Positions 48,746 through 60,720 of a stretch of DNA of 64,000 nt are shown one piece after another. Position numbers and translations under genes: made by a program. Position 1 is the first letter of the stretch, and each line of letters begins with the position of its first letter. Location of the stretch: contig NC_057718.1 in assembly GCF_004010195.1 (NCBI RefSeq), positions 8,925,267-8,989,266 on the forward strand. Reading direction: 5' to 3'. Under the pieces are notes generated by a model that saw nothing but the letters and a program-made list of their open reading frames with translations, was not told the DNA's origin and ran no database searches. The DNA comes from Chiloscyllium plagiosum. Lineage: Eukaryota.

Positions 48746-49234
48746 AACACCTCAAATTCCACCTCGGAACACTTCAACCCCAGGGCATCAATGTAGACTT
48801 CACCAGTTTCCTCATTTCCCCTCCCCTCACCTTACCCCAGTTCCAATCTTCCAGCTCAGCACTGTCCCCATGACCTGTCCTACCTGCTAATCTCCCTTCC
48901 TACCCATCCGCTCCACTCTCCTCTCTGACCCATCACTTCCATCCCCACCCCCATTCACATATCGTGCTCTTTGTTACCTTCCCCCACCCTCTTCTCTGAC
49001 CTATCACCTCCGTCCCCACCCCCCTCCACCTATGTTGGCTACCTTCTCCCCAGCCCCATCCCCCTCCCATTTATCTCTCCACCCTGGAGGCTCCCTGCCT
49101 CAATTCCTGATTAAGGGTTTTTGCCCAAAACGTCAACTTTCCTGCTCCTCGGATGCTGCCTGACCTACTTTGCTTTTCCGGCACCACTCTAATCTAGACT
49201 CTGGTTTCCAACATCTGCATCCTCACTTCTGCCT
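48746..49234 (+). mobile_element. PLE family A 3' end
   Basis: EHLKFHLGTLQPQGINVDFTSF (end of GIY-YIG region), C-rich spacer, degenerate hammerhead CTGATTA-AGGGTTTTTGCCC-AAAA-CGTC. Confidence 0.88.
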
Positions 49235-50744
49235 AAACTTACAGCACTGCCAAATTCCTTAGCACATAAGTCAAAGAAAGAAAATTTTGCACTTATAGAT
49301 CACCTTTCATGACCTCAGGTCATTCTACAGCATTTTACATCCAATGAAACACTTTGGAACTATTGTAATGTAGGAAACAGCAAATCTTCTTCCAGTGAAT
49401 AGCAACGTGATAATGGCCAGTGCGATCACCCATCCACTTGGAGAATAGCCTGCATTTTCTTTCTGTGAGCTAACCCTTTTGATTCCAAAGTGAAACTGGA
49501 GAATATTACAAAGGGGTATAAGTGAGTGTCCGAGCATGGCATTTAGATCCAGGAAAAGCCCTTGTGACACAAGGTTGCTATAGGAATGGAAGCTAACAGA
49601 CAGAGGGTAGGTCAAAAACTAATTAGGGTGCTGTCAGTTTTTAGCTTTGTTTGGGAGTGAAAGTTCAGAATACAGAGTTCATGTGAGAGAACCACAAGCA
49701 CAACCACCTACAAACTGATTATGTCTCCTGATGTTGTGTGGTAAATGCACTGGGAGATAGATCAGTTGGTACATTCGATTAGACACAACCCAGGCTAAAG
49801 CGCATACCTTGTTTTAGATGCAGGGCTTTTTTTTAATATAAAAGGATAGTCCAGCTTTTTAATCTCCGAGCCCAAAATGAACAGGCAATTTACCAACTGC
49901 AGCTTTAGAGAAAGAAGCAGCTACAATTATCACCATCTCATCCTCCAGAACCCTGGACTGACCGGGAGCAACACCATGGGAGATCCATGGGTATAAATAA
50001 ATATTTTACAACATGAGTACTGCTTCATATGACAACGATTGTGATAAAATAGAAGCTAATGAGCACAACCCTTTTGCGTTCCAACAGGAATTTATTAAAT
50101 TTGACTTTTTAAAAGCCGGCAAAGGACATGGCATTAAGAGGTTTTATGACACCAATTAAAACTTATTGATGTCAACTATTGCATAGCATTTTGAAATGTT
50201 TTGCTGTGTTTGCGTGCTGAATATTGTTGGCTGGCCGGTGAATAATAAATGATTTATACCAATATTTTTGTTATTTGCTTGACAGACGAAGACCCAAAGG
50301 GACCAAAGCAGAGAGCGTGTCATATTGTGAACACAAACACATTTCCATCAATCACACTCCTGGGACATGTTGAGTACTTCGCAATCAAGGAATTACTTTT
50401 TAAAAGATACAGTCGCTGTTCTGGTACAGGCAAGACTGTACACAGCAGGATCCCAGCGAGAGGAAATTAGTCGATTAGCTCCTACAGCTGTTTTGCAGAA
50501 GGAAATGGTGTCTGGAACATTCAACCAAATCTGCCCAAAGTGTTCTTCAAATCCTGTCTTGATACCTAACACGTCCATGTCAGAGGCCAGATGTAGCTGC
50601 AAGTTAGCGTCTAAAAACACACCACCTCTGATGAGGTAGCTCTCCCTCAATACAGCATGGAAATATCAACCTACATGTTCTCAAATCCTGCAATAGGCAA
50701 GTGACCTCTAAACTTCTGTCCAATATTCAGAAAAATCCTCCTCA

Positions 50745-50962
50745 TGGAATTTCCCCTCCAAGCCACTCACCATCCTGACTTGGAAATACATCACCGTTCT
50801 TTCACTGCCGCTGGGTCACAATCCTGGAATTCCCTTCATCGTGGGTCTACCCACAGCACACCGACTGCAGCGGTTCAAGAAGGCAGCTCACCACTACCTT
50901 CTCAAGGGCAACTAGGGACAGTTGCTGACCAACCAGTGATGTCCACATCCCTTGAATGAAAC
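50745..50962 (+). mobile_element. 3' end of the second CR1/L2-group LINE
   Basis: SFTAAGSQSWNSL; CTGCAGCGGTTCAAGAAGGCAGCTCACC. Confidence 0.85.
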
Positions 50963-51469
50963 AAAATGTAGGGGGCATGGTACTCAACACAGAACAACAA
51001 CTGAAACTGTCCAGGTCATTGGTTGCAGGCCCTTTATTGGTTAACCAAGCCGACCAGTGGCCAACAGACTCTCTTAAAGTGGGTACAACTAAAGTGTAGT
51101 TCCTGCTGGGGATAATTGGGCTTGTCCTTTCTCCTCCTTTTCATGGTCAGGCTGGCATTTTGCTCAGTCTCAAAGCGCTGTGTGCCACACCCAGAGTAGG
51201 TTCAACAGGCACCGCGATCGCCAGCTTACATTGCCCATGGTCAATGTGCCGCAGAGGGAGAGAGAATGGCTGTCCTTCAGAAACGCCTGGAAACGTTTGT
51301 GTGAGGTCCCACTCTTCCATTCCTCAGTCATCAACACTCCATCCAACCCTCTATCTAGTGCAAGCAACTGCTGTCCATCTGGTCAAGTTGGCCTGTCGCC
51401 AGGGCAGGTTCCTCAGGAAGGTGGCCCCAGTGGTGGGAACATTGGGTGACTCCAGGAGTTGGGCTGGAC

Positions 51470-51895
51470 AGTTGCTCAGTGGTTAGCACCTGTGCCTCGT
51501 AGCACCACGAACCTGGGTTCGATTTCACCCTCCAAAACTATCTGAGTAGAGTAGCACATTCTCTCCATGTCTGTGTGGGGTGCTCTGGTTTCCTCCAAAG
51601 ATGTGCAGGTTAAGAAGATTGGCCACGCTAAATCGCCCATAGTGTTAGGTGCATTAGACAAGGATAAATATAGGGTAGGGGAATGGGTTGGGTGGGTTAC
51701 TCTTCGGTGTGGACTTGTTGGGCCGAAGGGCCTGTTTCCATACTGTAGGGAATCTAATGTAAATTGCCCTGCAGTGTGCAGGGATGTACATTCTAGGTGG
51801 GCTAGCCGTGGGAAATAGGAGGGTTGGGTCTGGGTGGGATGCTGTTCGGAGGGTCAGTACAGCTGAATAGCCTCCTTCTGCACTATAGGGGATTC
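51470..51895 (+). mobile_element. HE1-type SINE plus a second HE1 tail
   Basis: GCTCAGTGGTTAGCAC..GGGTTCGATTTC..AAAGATGTGCAGGTT..GGGCCGAAGGGCCTGTTTCC. Confidence 0.88.
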
Positions 51896-52635
51896 CGTGA
51901 CTTCAATGTTTGTGACACGACCCTGAATTTTTTGGGGAGTTTGTCCTGCTGGCAGTACTCAAGTCGGTATACACATTGGCAGTAATAATACAACCATCGA
52001 TACATCACTCAGAAATGGTCACTTCACCAGGATAGGCTCACGAGACTTGTAAAGGTTAGGATGAATGGCCTCAGTTAACTTACACTGAAGATGGGGAAGG
52101 CTGTGAGGAGCACTGTATTAACTTTAACTGTAACGTTTCTGAGTTTGTCATGTGGTCTAAGTAAATGAATATATAATCCAGAGAGACACATCAATACCAA
52201 GTCAAATAATGAAAGGAGTCCATGGGCATTGCAGGGGCTTGGGTTCATCATCCCAGATAAGGATATTTTGATTTTGATTAGTTTCTGTTCTAGCTTTGTA
52301 AGTTTCCATTCACTGTTCAATTTAATTTATGTTTCCAGGATTGTCTAACTCGTTTAATGCTCTTTTAAAAGAGCAGCAAGAGGCCATTTGGCCCATTGAA
52401 TCATCTTTGATGGGACGAGAGTGTCCAGCATTTTTGCCCGTATTGAATTGCCCTGGAACCGAGTGGTTTGATAGGCCACTTCAGGGAGCAGTTCAGAACC
52501 AACCACATTGACTCTCGGACTTTATGACATTGCTGTGGGTATGGAGTTGGCCAGACCAGCTAAAGATGGCAGATTCCCTTCCCTCAGGAGCACTAGTGCA
52601 TCAGATTTTTCTTTCATGACCATCGATGATTCATT

Positions 52636-53016
52636 GTTGAAACTTTATTGCTGGAACAGCACAGCAGGTCAGGCAGCATCCAGGAAACAGGAGATTCGAC
52701 GTTTCGGGCACGAGCACTAGTGCATCAGATTTTTCTTTCATGACCATCGATGATTCATTCTTGATCACGAATTCCACTTTTCATTGAAGTCGTTTTCTAA
52801 CCAACCTGTTCAGAGATGCTCACTGATACTTCCAAGGAAGAGATAAGGTAGCTAGCCAACAACTTCCTCATGGTGGGGGAGTCTAAAATTATAGAGTTTA
52901 AGGTGAGAGGGGAGAGATATAAAAGGGTCCAGAGGGGCAATTATTTCACACAAATGGTGCTGTTCCAGCAATAAAGTTTCAACTTTGATCTCCAGCATCT
53001 GCAGACCTCACTTTCT
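52636..53016 (+). mobile_element. Complex PLE family A insertion containing a copy of its own target region; 15-bp TSD
   Basis: TSD CATCGATGATTCATT at 52621-52635 and 53017-53031; inverted PLE piece 52636-52711; captured target 52712-52959; PLE tail 52960-53016. Confidence 0.85.
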
Positions 53017-53139
53017 CATCGATGATTCATTCTTGATCACGAATTCCACTTTTCATTGAAGTCGTTTTCTAACCAACCTGTTCAGAGATGCTCACTGGTA
53101 CTTCCAAGGAAGAGATAAGGTAGCTAGCCAACAACTTCC

Positions 53140-53435
53140 TCATGGTGGGGGAGTCTAAAACTATAGAGTTTAAGGTGAGAGGGGAGAGATATAAAAGGGT
53201 CCAGAGGGGCAATTTTTTCACACAAATGGTGATGTGTGTCTGGGAAGGGCTGCCAGAGGGAGTAGTGGAAGTGACTACAATCTTGTTATTTAAGAGACAT
53301 TTAGACAGGTATATGGATGGGATAGGTATGGAGGGATATGGACCAAACACAGGCAAATGGGACTAGTTTAATTGTAAAAACTGGGCAGCATGAGTAAGAT
53401 GGGCCGAAGGGCCTGTTTCCATGCTGTAGACCTCA
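53140..53435 (+). mobile_element. CR1 3' fragment
   Basis: FKVRGERYKRVQRGNFFTQMVMCVWEGLPEGVVE..FKRHLDRYM. Confidence 0.9.
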
Positions 53436-54269
53436 GTGAGATGGGACTTGAACCCAGGCTTCCTGACTCACAGGTGGGGGACATTACCACTGATCCACAA
53501 CAGGCCCTTAAACAACAGTGCAAATGAGATCTCTGGGCATTTAACTCATTGCTACTTATGCAAACAGAAACAAGAAGCTGGAAATATTCATGCCAAGGCA
53601 GCATCTGCGGTGAGTTACTGTCCTGAATTAGACCTGTCCCTAAGGCAGCGGGTCAGACAATGAGGGGGCTGGTAAAATAATTCCCCAGTGCAGTCCCACT
53701 GCCAGGGAGGATGCCCAGCATCTGGCAGGAGTTGGCACTGGGTGCATTCCATATGCAGGGAATGTATATATTTAAAGCATCCATTAGGATGCATCACCTG
53801 GAACCAATGGCATTTGGACGTTGGCTGGATGACCCCATAAGGAGGTCAACAGAGGCAGACTTCCTGAGAGCCCAGGGAGAGGATGAGCCTATCAGAACCA
53901 GAGAGTCCATCACCCAATCAGGAGATTGCAGACATAGAAGGCTTAGATGACCCTCCCCCAGAGGGATTTCCACCCAATTGATGGGGCCTTTTGCCCCCAG
54001 CCATCCTGAATGTATTATATGTACTTACCTAAATAAGAGTAACTCCATCTGGAGACCCTTAAGTCCCCAACTGCCTTCAGTAGCAGCCACATATCCCAGT
54101 TGAGCTGCTGAGACAGCGACCCTCTAAGAGCCATCCAGCCATCTTTAATTGAACCTGGAGGAGACCCTGAGGTGAGCTAGCCCAGTAAAATCAGATGGTG
54201 GTATGGAGATACTTGCATTTGCTGATACATATTAATATCTCGATCTTGGGGTGTGCAGAGGACATTTTC

Positions 54270-55140
54270 AATGTTTGTAGACAACACAAAACTTGATAGT
54301 ATTGTGGTGAGAAGGACAGTACAGAACTTCGAAAGGACATTGACCTGTTAGTGTAGTGTGTGAGTAGGGCAGATGAGCTTTATTGTGGAGTAGTGTGAGG
54401 TGATGCTTATTGACACAAAGAATGTAATACAAAATACAAGCGATAATTCTAAAGAGTGTGCAGGAGCAGAGAGACCTGGATGTAGATGTACATAAGGCAT
54501 TAAAGGTGGCCACACTGGCAGAAAGAGCTGTTAGTAAAGCATATAGTATTCTCGGCTTCATAAACAGGGACATGGAGAACAAGAACAGATAGATTAAGAT
54601 GAAAAGAAGGCACTGGTTAGAACCCAGCTGGAGCATTGTGTATAATTCTGGGTGCCTCGTTATAGGAAGGATGCATTGGAGACAGTGCAGAAGGCATTTT
54701 CAAGAATGGTTTTAGGGGTGAGACACTGCAGTTATCTGGAAAGGTTGAAGAAGGTGGGACTGTTTTCCTTGGAGTGAAGACTAAGAGGAGATTGATAGAA
54801 GGCTTTAATATATTGGACAGAGTTTACAGGACAAAATTCTCAGCAGTCATAAACAGATTGAGAACCAGAGGGAGCACTTTAAAAGTGTTTTGCAAAAGAA
54901 GCAAATGCGAGATGGGGAAAAAAAAACATTTTGCACACCGAGTAGTTAAAGTACTGAATGCTGTGCCTGGAAATATGATGGAGGCAAGTACAGTGAAGGA
55001 CCTTGGATGGTTGTTTAAATAAAAACAACGTACAGGATTGCAGGGAAAAGGCAGACATTGGCACTAAGTCCAAATGCTCAGAGATCCAGCACAGACACAA
55101 TGGACCAAATGGCCTACCTCTGCATCCTCATTCTAAGATC
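54270..55140 (+). mobile_element. Old CR1 RT/3' fragment
   Basis: TTTGTAGACAACACAAAAC (FADDTK-like)..CAGCTGGAGCATTGTGTATAATTCTGG..HFAHRVVKVLNAVP. Confidence 0.82.
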
Positions 55141-56279
55141 CTAACATGTGGTCCCAAAAATTTCAAGCCAATATTTCACGTTAATGTGATTAGATCTTCT
55201 CCAATCAGTGAGAGCACTTCCATTAGTTACTATCGTCACTACACTTTGAAAGTAAAACAAAGCCGTGTGGAAGCTGGAAATCTGAAACAAAGACAGAAAT
55301 TGTTGCAGCTTCTCCAACAATTTCAATTTTTGTCTCTGACCCTTCTGAAAGTATTTCATTGGCTGGGAAATGCTTTGGGATGACATGAAGTTGTGAAAGT
55401 TATTGTAAAATTGTGTCTTTCCTGAGTGATACATTTGCAATTCTTAATTCCACTTTAAATGGCTGATGCAGTTGAAATTTTTGTTCACTTTTTTTTAAAA
55501 CAGGGAACCCATCCAAGAGTGATCTCGCTTCCCTAGGGAGGGAGAATTCCTCTTTTCAGAATTTCCAGTTGACCGTAAACACATTCTGATGTTATAGTGT
55601 GGAATTTGGACTAGCCACTACATTACTTTGAGTGGTTTTCGCATTCAGATTTGTATTCCGTCATACTTTGCACATTTTTCCTTTGCTGTACCAATCCACT
55701 TGGCATATTTTTGCCTGTTTTCTTTGAGAGTGGAAACACAGGGGAACGTATGTTGTGGTGCAATTCAGTCAGGGGGCTTGGTTGCTGTGGCAACATGCAC
55801 TTTTACATGAATGTTCTATCTGGAGTGACGGATAGCGATGGTAGAGGCTCCAATTTCTTTTCCTCCTCAGGCTGACCGGGAACCTCTCCTGGCCTTACTC
55901 CTTGCTGTTGGTGTGTGATTTGCAGTTTGATACGGTTTGGCTGTGTTATTAAGCCAATGTCCCTAGGCCGGGAGTTGTCTAGACAGCCAGTGGGGATCAG
56001 CTTGGTGCCAAAGCAGACTGGATTTTGATATCTGATTTGACAAGGAGGATTTGGGATCTACATCTTGCCCAATCCGTGATGGACGTCACAATGGACCTGC
56101 CTTTGGGCAGGGAACTGAAGAGGAAATGAGAATACTTGATTGCCACCTCTCTAGCTTTTCCCAGTTCTGATGGAAGATCAAAAGCCTCAAATGCTAAGTC
56201 TGTTTCCCTCTCCATGGGTGCTGCCCATCCTACTCATCATTTTCTGTTTTAATAAATTGACTGACCAGTTACGCTCCTG

Positions 56280-56668
56280 AGTAGGGATGTCTTGCTGCAG
56301 TTATATGGCCGTGGTGAGGCCATATCTTGAGTATTGTGAACGGTTTTGATCTCCCAGTCAGAGGAAGGACATGCTTGCTCCTGAGAGAGTCCAGCGAAGG
56401 TTCCTCAGACTGATTCCCGGGATGACAGGACTGACATATGAGGAAAGACTGGATTGACTGGGCTTGTACTCGCTGGAATTTAGATGAATGAGGAGGGATC
56501 TCACGGAAACATGTAAAATCCTGATGGGACTGGACAGGCTAGATGTGGGAAGAATGTTCCCAATGTTGAGGAAGACAACAACTAGGGGTCTAAAAATAAG
56601 GGGTAAGCCATTCAGGACTGAGATGAGGAAGAATTCCTTCACTCAGAGAGTAGAGAACCTGTGGCATT
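56280..56668 (+). mobile_element. CR1 fragment
   Basis: RRDLTETCKILMGLDRLDVGRMFP..FRTEMRKNSFTQRVENLW. Confidence 0.9.
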
Positions 56669-57204
56669 GACTCTGTTTCACTCCCCACAGATGCTGCCAG
56701 AGTTTCTCCAGAACTTTGTATGGAAGGAGTAATGATGAACTTGAACCTCTGTGGTTTTATGTCCGTTTTCTAGCAACCACTGTGCTTAGCTTTTTATCTT
56801 AATATTCCTCCGTCAGTTAACATAATTATAAACAGCTTTGGTTATTATTGCATTGTTGACTGAGAGGGAAAGTTGATATATCCTCATTGTTAATGGCTTG
56901 TTACTGGTAGTATTCAGATATTCAAGTGAAGGGACTTGCTTAATTAGGTACTCAGAGCACTTAGAAAGAGAAACTGCTATGATTGGTGGGCACCATTGAG
57001 GCTCAAGTTCACCATTACTCCTTCCATACAAAATTACATTTCAACTGAAATTTAGGAAGTTTCCCACAAATTTTCCTTTGGAAACTAGATTTGCTGCTTC
57101 TTTAAGGGGCTGTCTTCTGGTTCATTCAATTTAAACTGGTTTATTTATTTTCTAAAGAGTACAAAGACAGTTCACTACAATTCTGAGCCAACGAGTTTGC
57201 TGCT

Positions 57205-57648
57205 GACACCACCATTATAGATCAGATCTCAAACAACGACAAAGGTGCATAAAGACAACAAGCTCTCCATCAACGTCAGCAAAACAAAGGAGATGGTCAT
57301 TGACTTCATGAAGCCAAGTGGAGGACACTCCCCTGTCTGCATCAATGGTGCTAAGTTGGAGATGGTCAAGAGCTTCAAGTCCCTGGGAGTGATGATCACC
57401 AACAGTCTGTCATGGCCCACTCACTGCAACGGTATGGTCAAGAAAGTACAATATCACTCAGGAAACTAAGAACATCCAGCATGTTGACAAGGACTTGGAC
57501 CAAGCTGTAGAGATGCACCATTGAAAGCATCCTATTCGGATCAATCACAGCTTGGTATGGCAAGTGCTTTGGCCACGATGACCAGAAACCACAGAGAGTT
57601 GTAAAAACAGCCCAGTCCATCACACAAACCAGCCTTCCATCAATTGAG
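57205..57648 (+). mobile_element. Rex1/Babar LINE fragment
   Basis: NKLSINVSKTKEMVIDF..INGAKLEMVKSFKSLGVMITNSLSW. Confidence 0.9.
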
Positions 57649-57765
57649 GCAGAAGTGGGTACTGCAGATGCAAGAGGTTAGAGTCAAGATTAGAGTGGTG
57701 CTGGAAACGCATAGCAGGTCAGGCAGCATCCAAGGAGCAGGAAAATCAACTTTTTGGGCAAAGGC
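57649..57765 (-). mobile_element. Short PLE family A tail with 16-bp flanking direct repeat
   Basis: CCTTCCATCAATTGAG at 57633-57648 and 57766-57781. Confidence 0.85.
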
Positions 57766-58329
57766 CCTTCCATCAATTGAGACAGCCTGAGTCAAAAAAG
57801 GTTTTGATGATACTGCAAAGCCAGATCTTCAATAGTGAAGAATTTGAAATTATTGTAAAAATAGGTAGAGGTTTGTCCGGGTTTAATATTGGCATTATAT
57901 GTTGCCATTATACAAAGAGCAATCAGGCAGCGTACATGGTACAGTAGCCATGTGAACCCACTGCAAACATTTGCAAAATCCATTGCTGTAATGAGTGCCC
58001 ACTGCTGTCATTGTTGGATATTACATCACCTGAAATTTAGGTGTAATGCTGTGACCAATCTTTCATCCTATGTTGGTCTAGAGGCTTTGTGCTGGTCTAT
58101 GCTGAAGGATCAACCACAAGTAAGTCGGAGGCTGCTGTCTTAAGTAACAGAAGATAGATTATTAATGCTAATAACTGGAAACGTGTTACATTAATACCAG
58201 GGCGCATTGCTTAATACTAAGACGAGGTCAGTAAGTCATCATGTCTCCATGAGGGAATTATGTCTAACAGGTGTTTGCCAAATTGCCCAATGCTTAATCC
58301 AGTGGTTGGGTTAAATATCAGAATGGGGA

Positions 58330-58518
58330 GGACTCCAGGTTAGAGTCAAATGAGAGTGGTGCTGGAAAAGCACAACCGATCAGGCAGTATCCGAGCAGCA
58401 GAAAAATCAATGATTCGGGCAATAGCCCTTCATCAGGATTTTCCTACTCCTCGGATGCTGCCTGACCTGCTGTGCACTTCCAACACCACTCTAATCTTGA
58501 CTCTGATCTCCAGCATCT
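58330..58518. mobile_element. PLE family A head-to-head palindrome
   Basis: GAGTGGTGCTGGAAAAGCAC..GCCCTTCATCAGG inverted against CGGATGCTGCCTGACCTG..CACCACTCTAATCTTGACTCTG. Confidence 0.82.
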
Positions 58519-58704
58519 TCCACTGAGAACTCTAGCTTAGCTCAGATTAACCCTTTCATATTCACTACCTTACAGAACAGCAATTCCTGTGGTGCAATGG
58601 TAATGTTCCTACCTTTGGGCATGGAGGCCTGCTTTCAAGTCTCACTTGGCCCAAGAGATGTGTACTAGCATCACTGAACTGATTGATTAGGAAAATTTCT
58701 GGAA

Positions 58705-59429
58705 CAGTGGCTATCCCCTCAATCAACCAACACAGTCAAAAAATAGGTATATATCCACCCATTCTGGTTTGGACCAGACCAAAACCCTTCAAAATATATT
58801 CAGAAGATCATCTAGACTCTAACTTCTTCTTATTTTAAAAACAAGTTCTAGGCGTTGTGCTCTGGATACAATTCGATTGGTCAAACTACCAGATTTGAAG
58901 CAAAACACGTTTTATTCATACACTAAAATACAACAAAAGACAGAAGAAATTGGAATAACTTAACTCTATTGGAAAACTTAATAGAACAATAGATTATTTT
59001 ACTACTGAATAGTAACTGTTCCAATATAGTAACATCCCATCAACACACCCTTGGCAATGACAAGTTCAGTAAACGAGATTGTCTCACATGCAATTTCTAA
59101 GTCCAGGAGGAAAGAACACCAAGAGAAAGCTCTGAGAGCGAAAGCGTGCCAGGGAGAGATGTGCCTGCAGCTTCCAACCCCAGCTTCAAGATCCCAGCAA
59201 CTGCGACTGAAAAATTAAAGCTAAAACTCCTGGTTCTGTGGAAGGTTGGCCCCACCCATTCAGGCTGCTTCTATTGTTCCAACCGTTTGTTTAAAAAAAA
59301 AACCCAAGACTTCACAAGCTTTTTATTTTATGAGGCTTTCAATAGACAGCTCTGTGCCTCTGACTTCAAACTTCTCTTTTTAAAAAACCCTTGGCAAAAT
59401 ACACCTCTTAAAGTCATAGCGTTGTCACA
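58705..59429 (-). mobile_element. Probable solo LTR
   Basis: Minus strand begins TGTGACAAC, has AATAAA near 58910, non-coding, about 0.7 kb; left boundary and TSD not resolved. Confidence 0.45.
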
Positions 59430-60330
59430 ATTCACTGGTTGTGGGATCCTGCTGTGCTCATAGAGGCTGCTGCTTGTCTAAGTGCCAGACGTTGTTTCTT
59501 TTGGCTGTGAAGATGTAATGAGGCAATATGGATTTTTTTTTGCTCTTTCTTAAAAGAAGTCTTAATGTGCCCGAATATTGCTTTCCTTTTTTGTTATTGT
59601 GTTAATTTTGTTGCCTTTGGTAACTGGTTTATTTTTGTGCCGTTTGAGTTTAATATTTGGGCATATCCTTTACTGACACATTAATGACCTCCTCTGCCGA
59701 TCCGTCAAAGTTAAAATCCACTGCAGCATCATCTTCCTGGTTTTCCCTCTCTCCCCCCCACAAACACCCACCCACCCACTCGCACTATGTACCGAAGCCT
59801 GTGTACTGTAGAAACGACTGGGTTCTAGGGAATAGACTGTGGCTGGGGGGAGCTGTAACTAGTGGAAGGCATCATGAGTGAATGGCACAGGCCCCAGTAC
59901 ATGTGCAGTTTGGTTTTTTTAACGACTACCCAAACCCGTGACCTTTGTGTCGCCTCCAGTGGGTTACACAACGTTGCAAATATTTGTTTGCTGTTCCTGC
60001 ATTAAATCTTTTCATTTCACTGTGGGATGGAAAGTGCTGCTTTAAACTGAAACCACAGAAAGACCTCTCGAAGAATAACAAGTAATACCGCCCTCCTGTT
60101 CATGTAAATTTTGCAGGCGTTAATGAGACCAGCACACACCAGAACCATTGATCTCAGCTCCTCTGAATCTTCGACTATTCAAAGTGAAACTTTAATGATT
60201 TTGGACATCTGTTTGAAAAGTTTAAAATCAGGATTCTTTGACACCCAAGCACCCAGCCTCCACATATTATGGAGTTATCAGAGCACAGAAGGAGGCCATT
60301 AAGCACATTAACTCTGTGACAGCTCGCTGC

Positions 60331-60720
60331 AGAGAGTGAGGAGAGTGAGGATTAGACACTGAGAGTGAGGATGAGGGACTAAGAGTGAGGATGAGGCACT
60401 GAGAGTGTGGATGAGGGATTGAGAGTGAGGATGAGGGACTGAGAGTGTGGATTAGACACTGAGAGTGTGGATGAGGGATTGAGAGTGAGGATGAGGGACT
60501 GAGAGTGTGGATGAGGGACTGAGAGTGAGGATGAGGCACTGAGAGTGAGGATGAGGCACTGAGAGTGAGGATGAGGCACTGAGAGTGAGGATAAGGGACT
60601 GAGAGTGAGGATGAGGCACTGAGAGTGTGGATTAGACACTGAGAGTGAGGATGAGGCACTGAGAGTGTGGATTAGACACTGAGAATGAGGATGAGGGACT
60701 GAGAGTGAGGATGAGACGCT
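60331..60720. repeat. 20-bp minisatellite, about 19 units
   Basis: GAGAGTG(A/T)GGATGAGG(G/C)ACT with a variant unit GAGAGTG(A/T)GGATTAGACACT. Confidence 0.97.

Noticed and set aside
50249..50650. Overlapping short ORFs after an acceptor-like site
   Set aside because: No recognisable protein; the right part overlaps a SINE remnant
58082..58119. Possible exon (GFVLVYAEGSTT) ending at GTAAGT
   Set aside because: Weak acceptor and no supporting homology; such donors occur by chance in 64 kb
60331..60720. Regular repeat array and S/H/P-rich ORFs
   Set aside because: Minisatellite without spacers; ORFs are a by-product of the repeat
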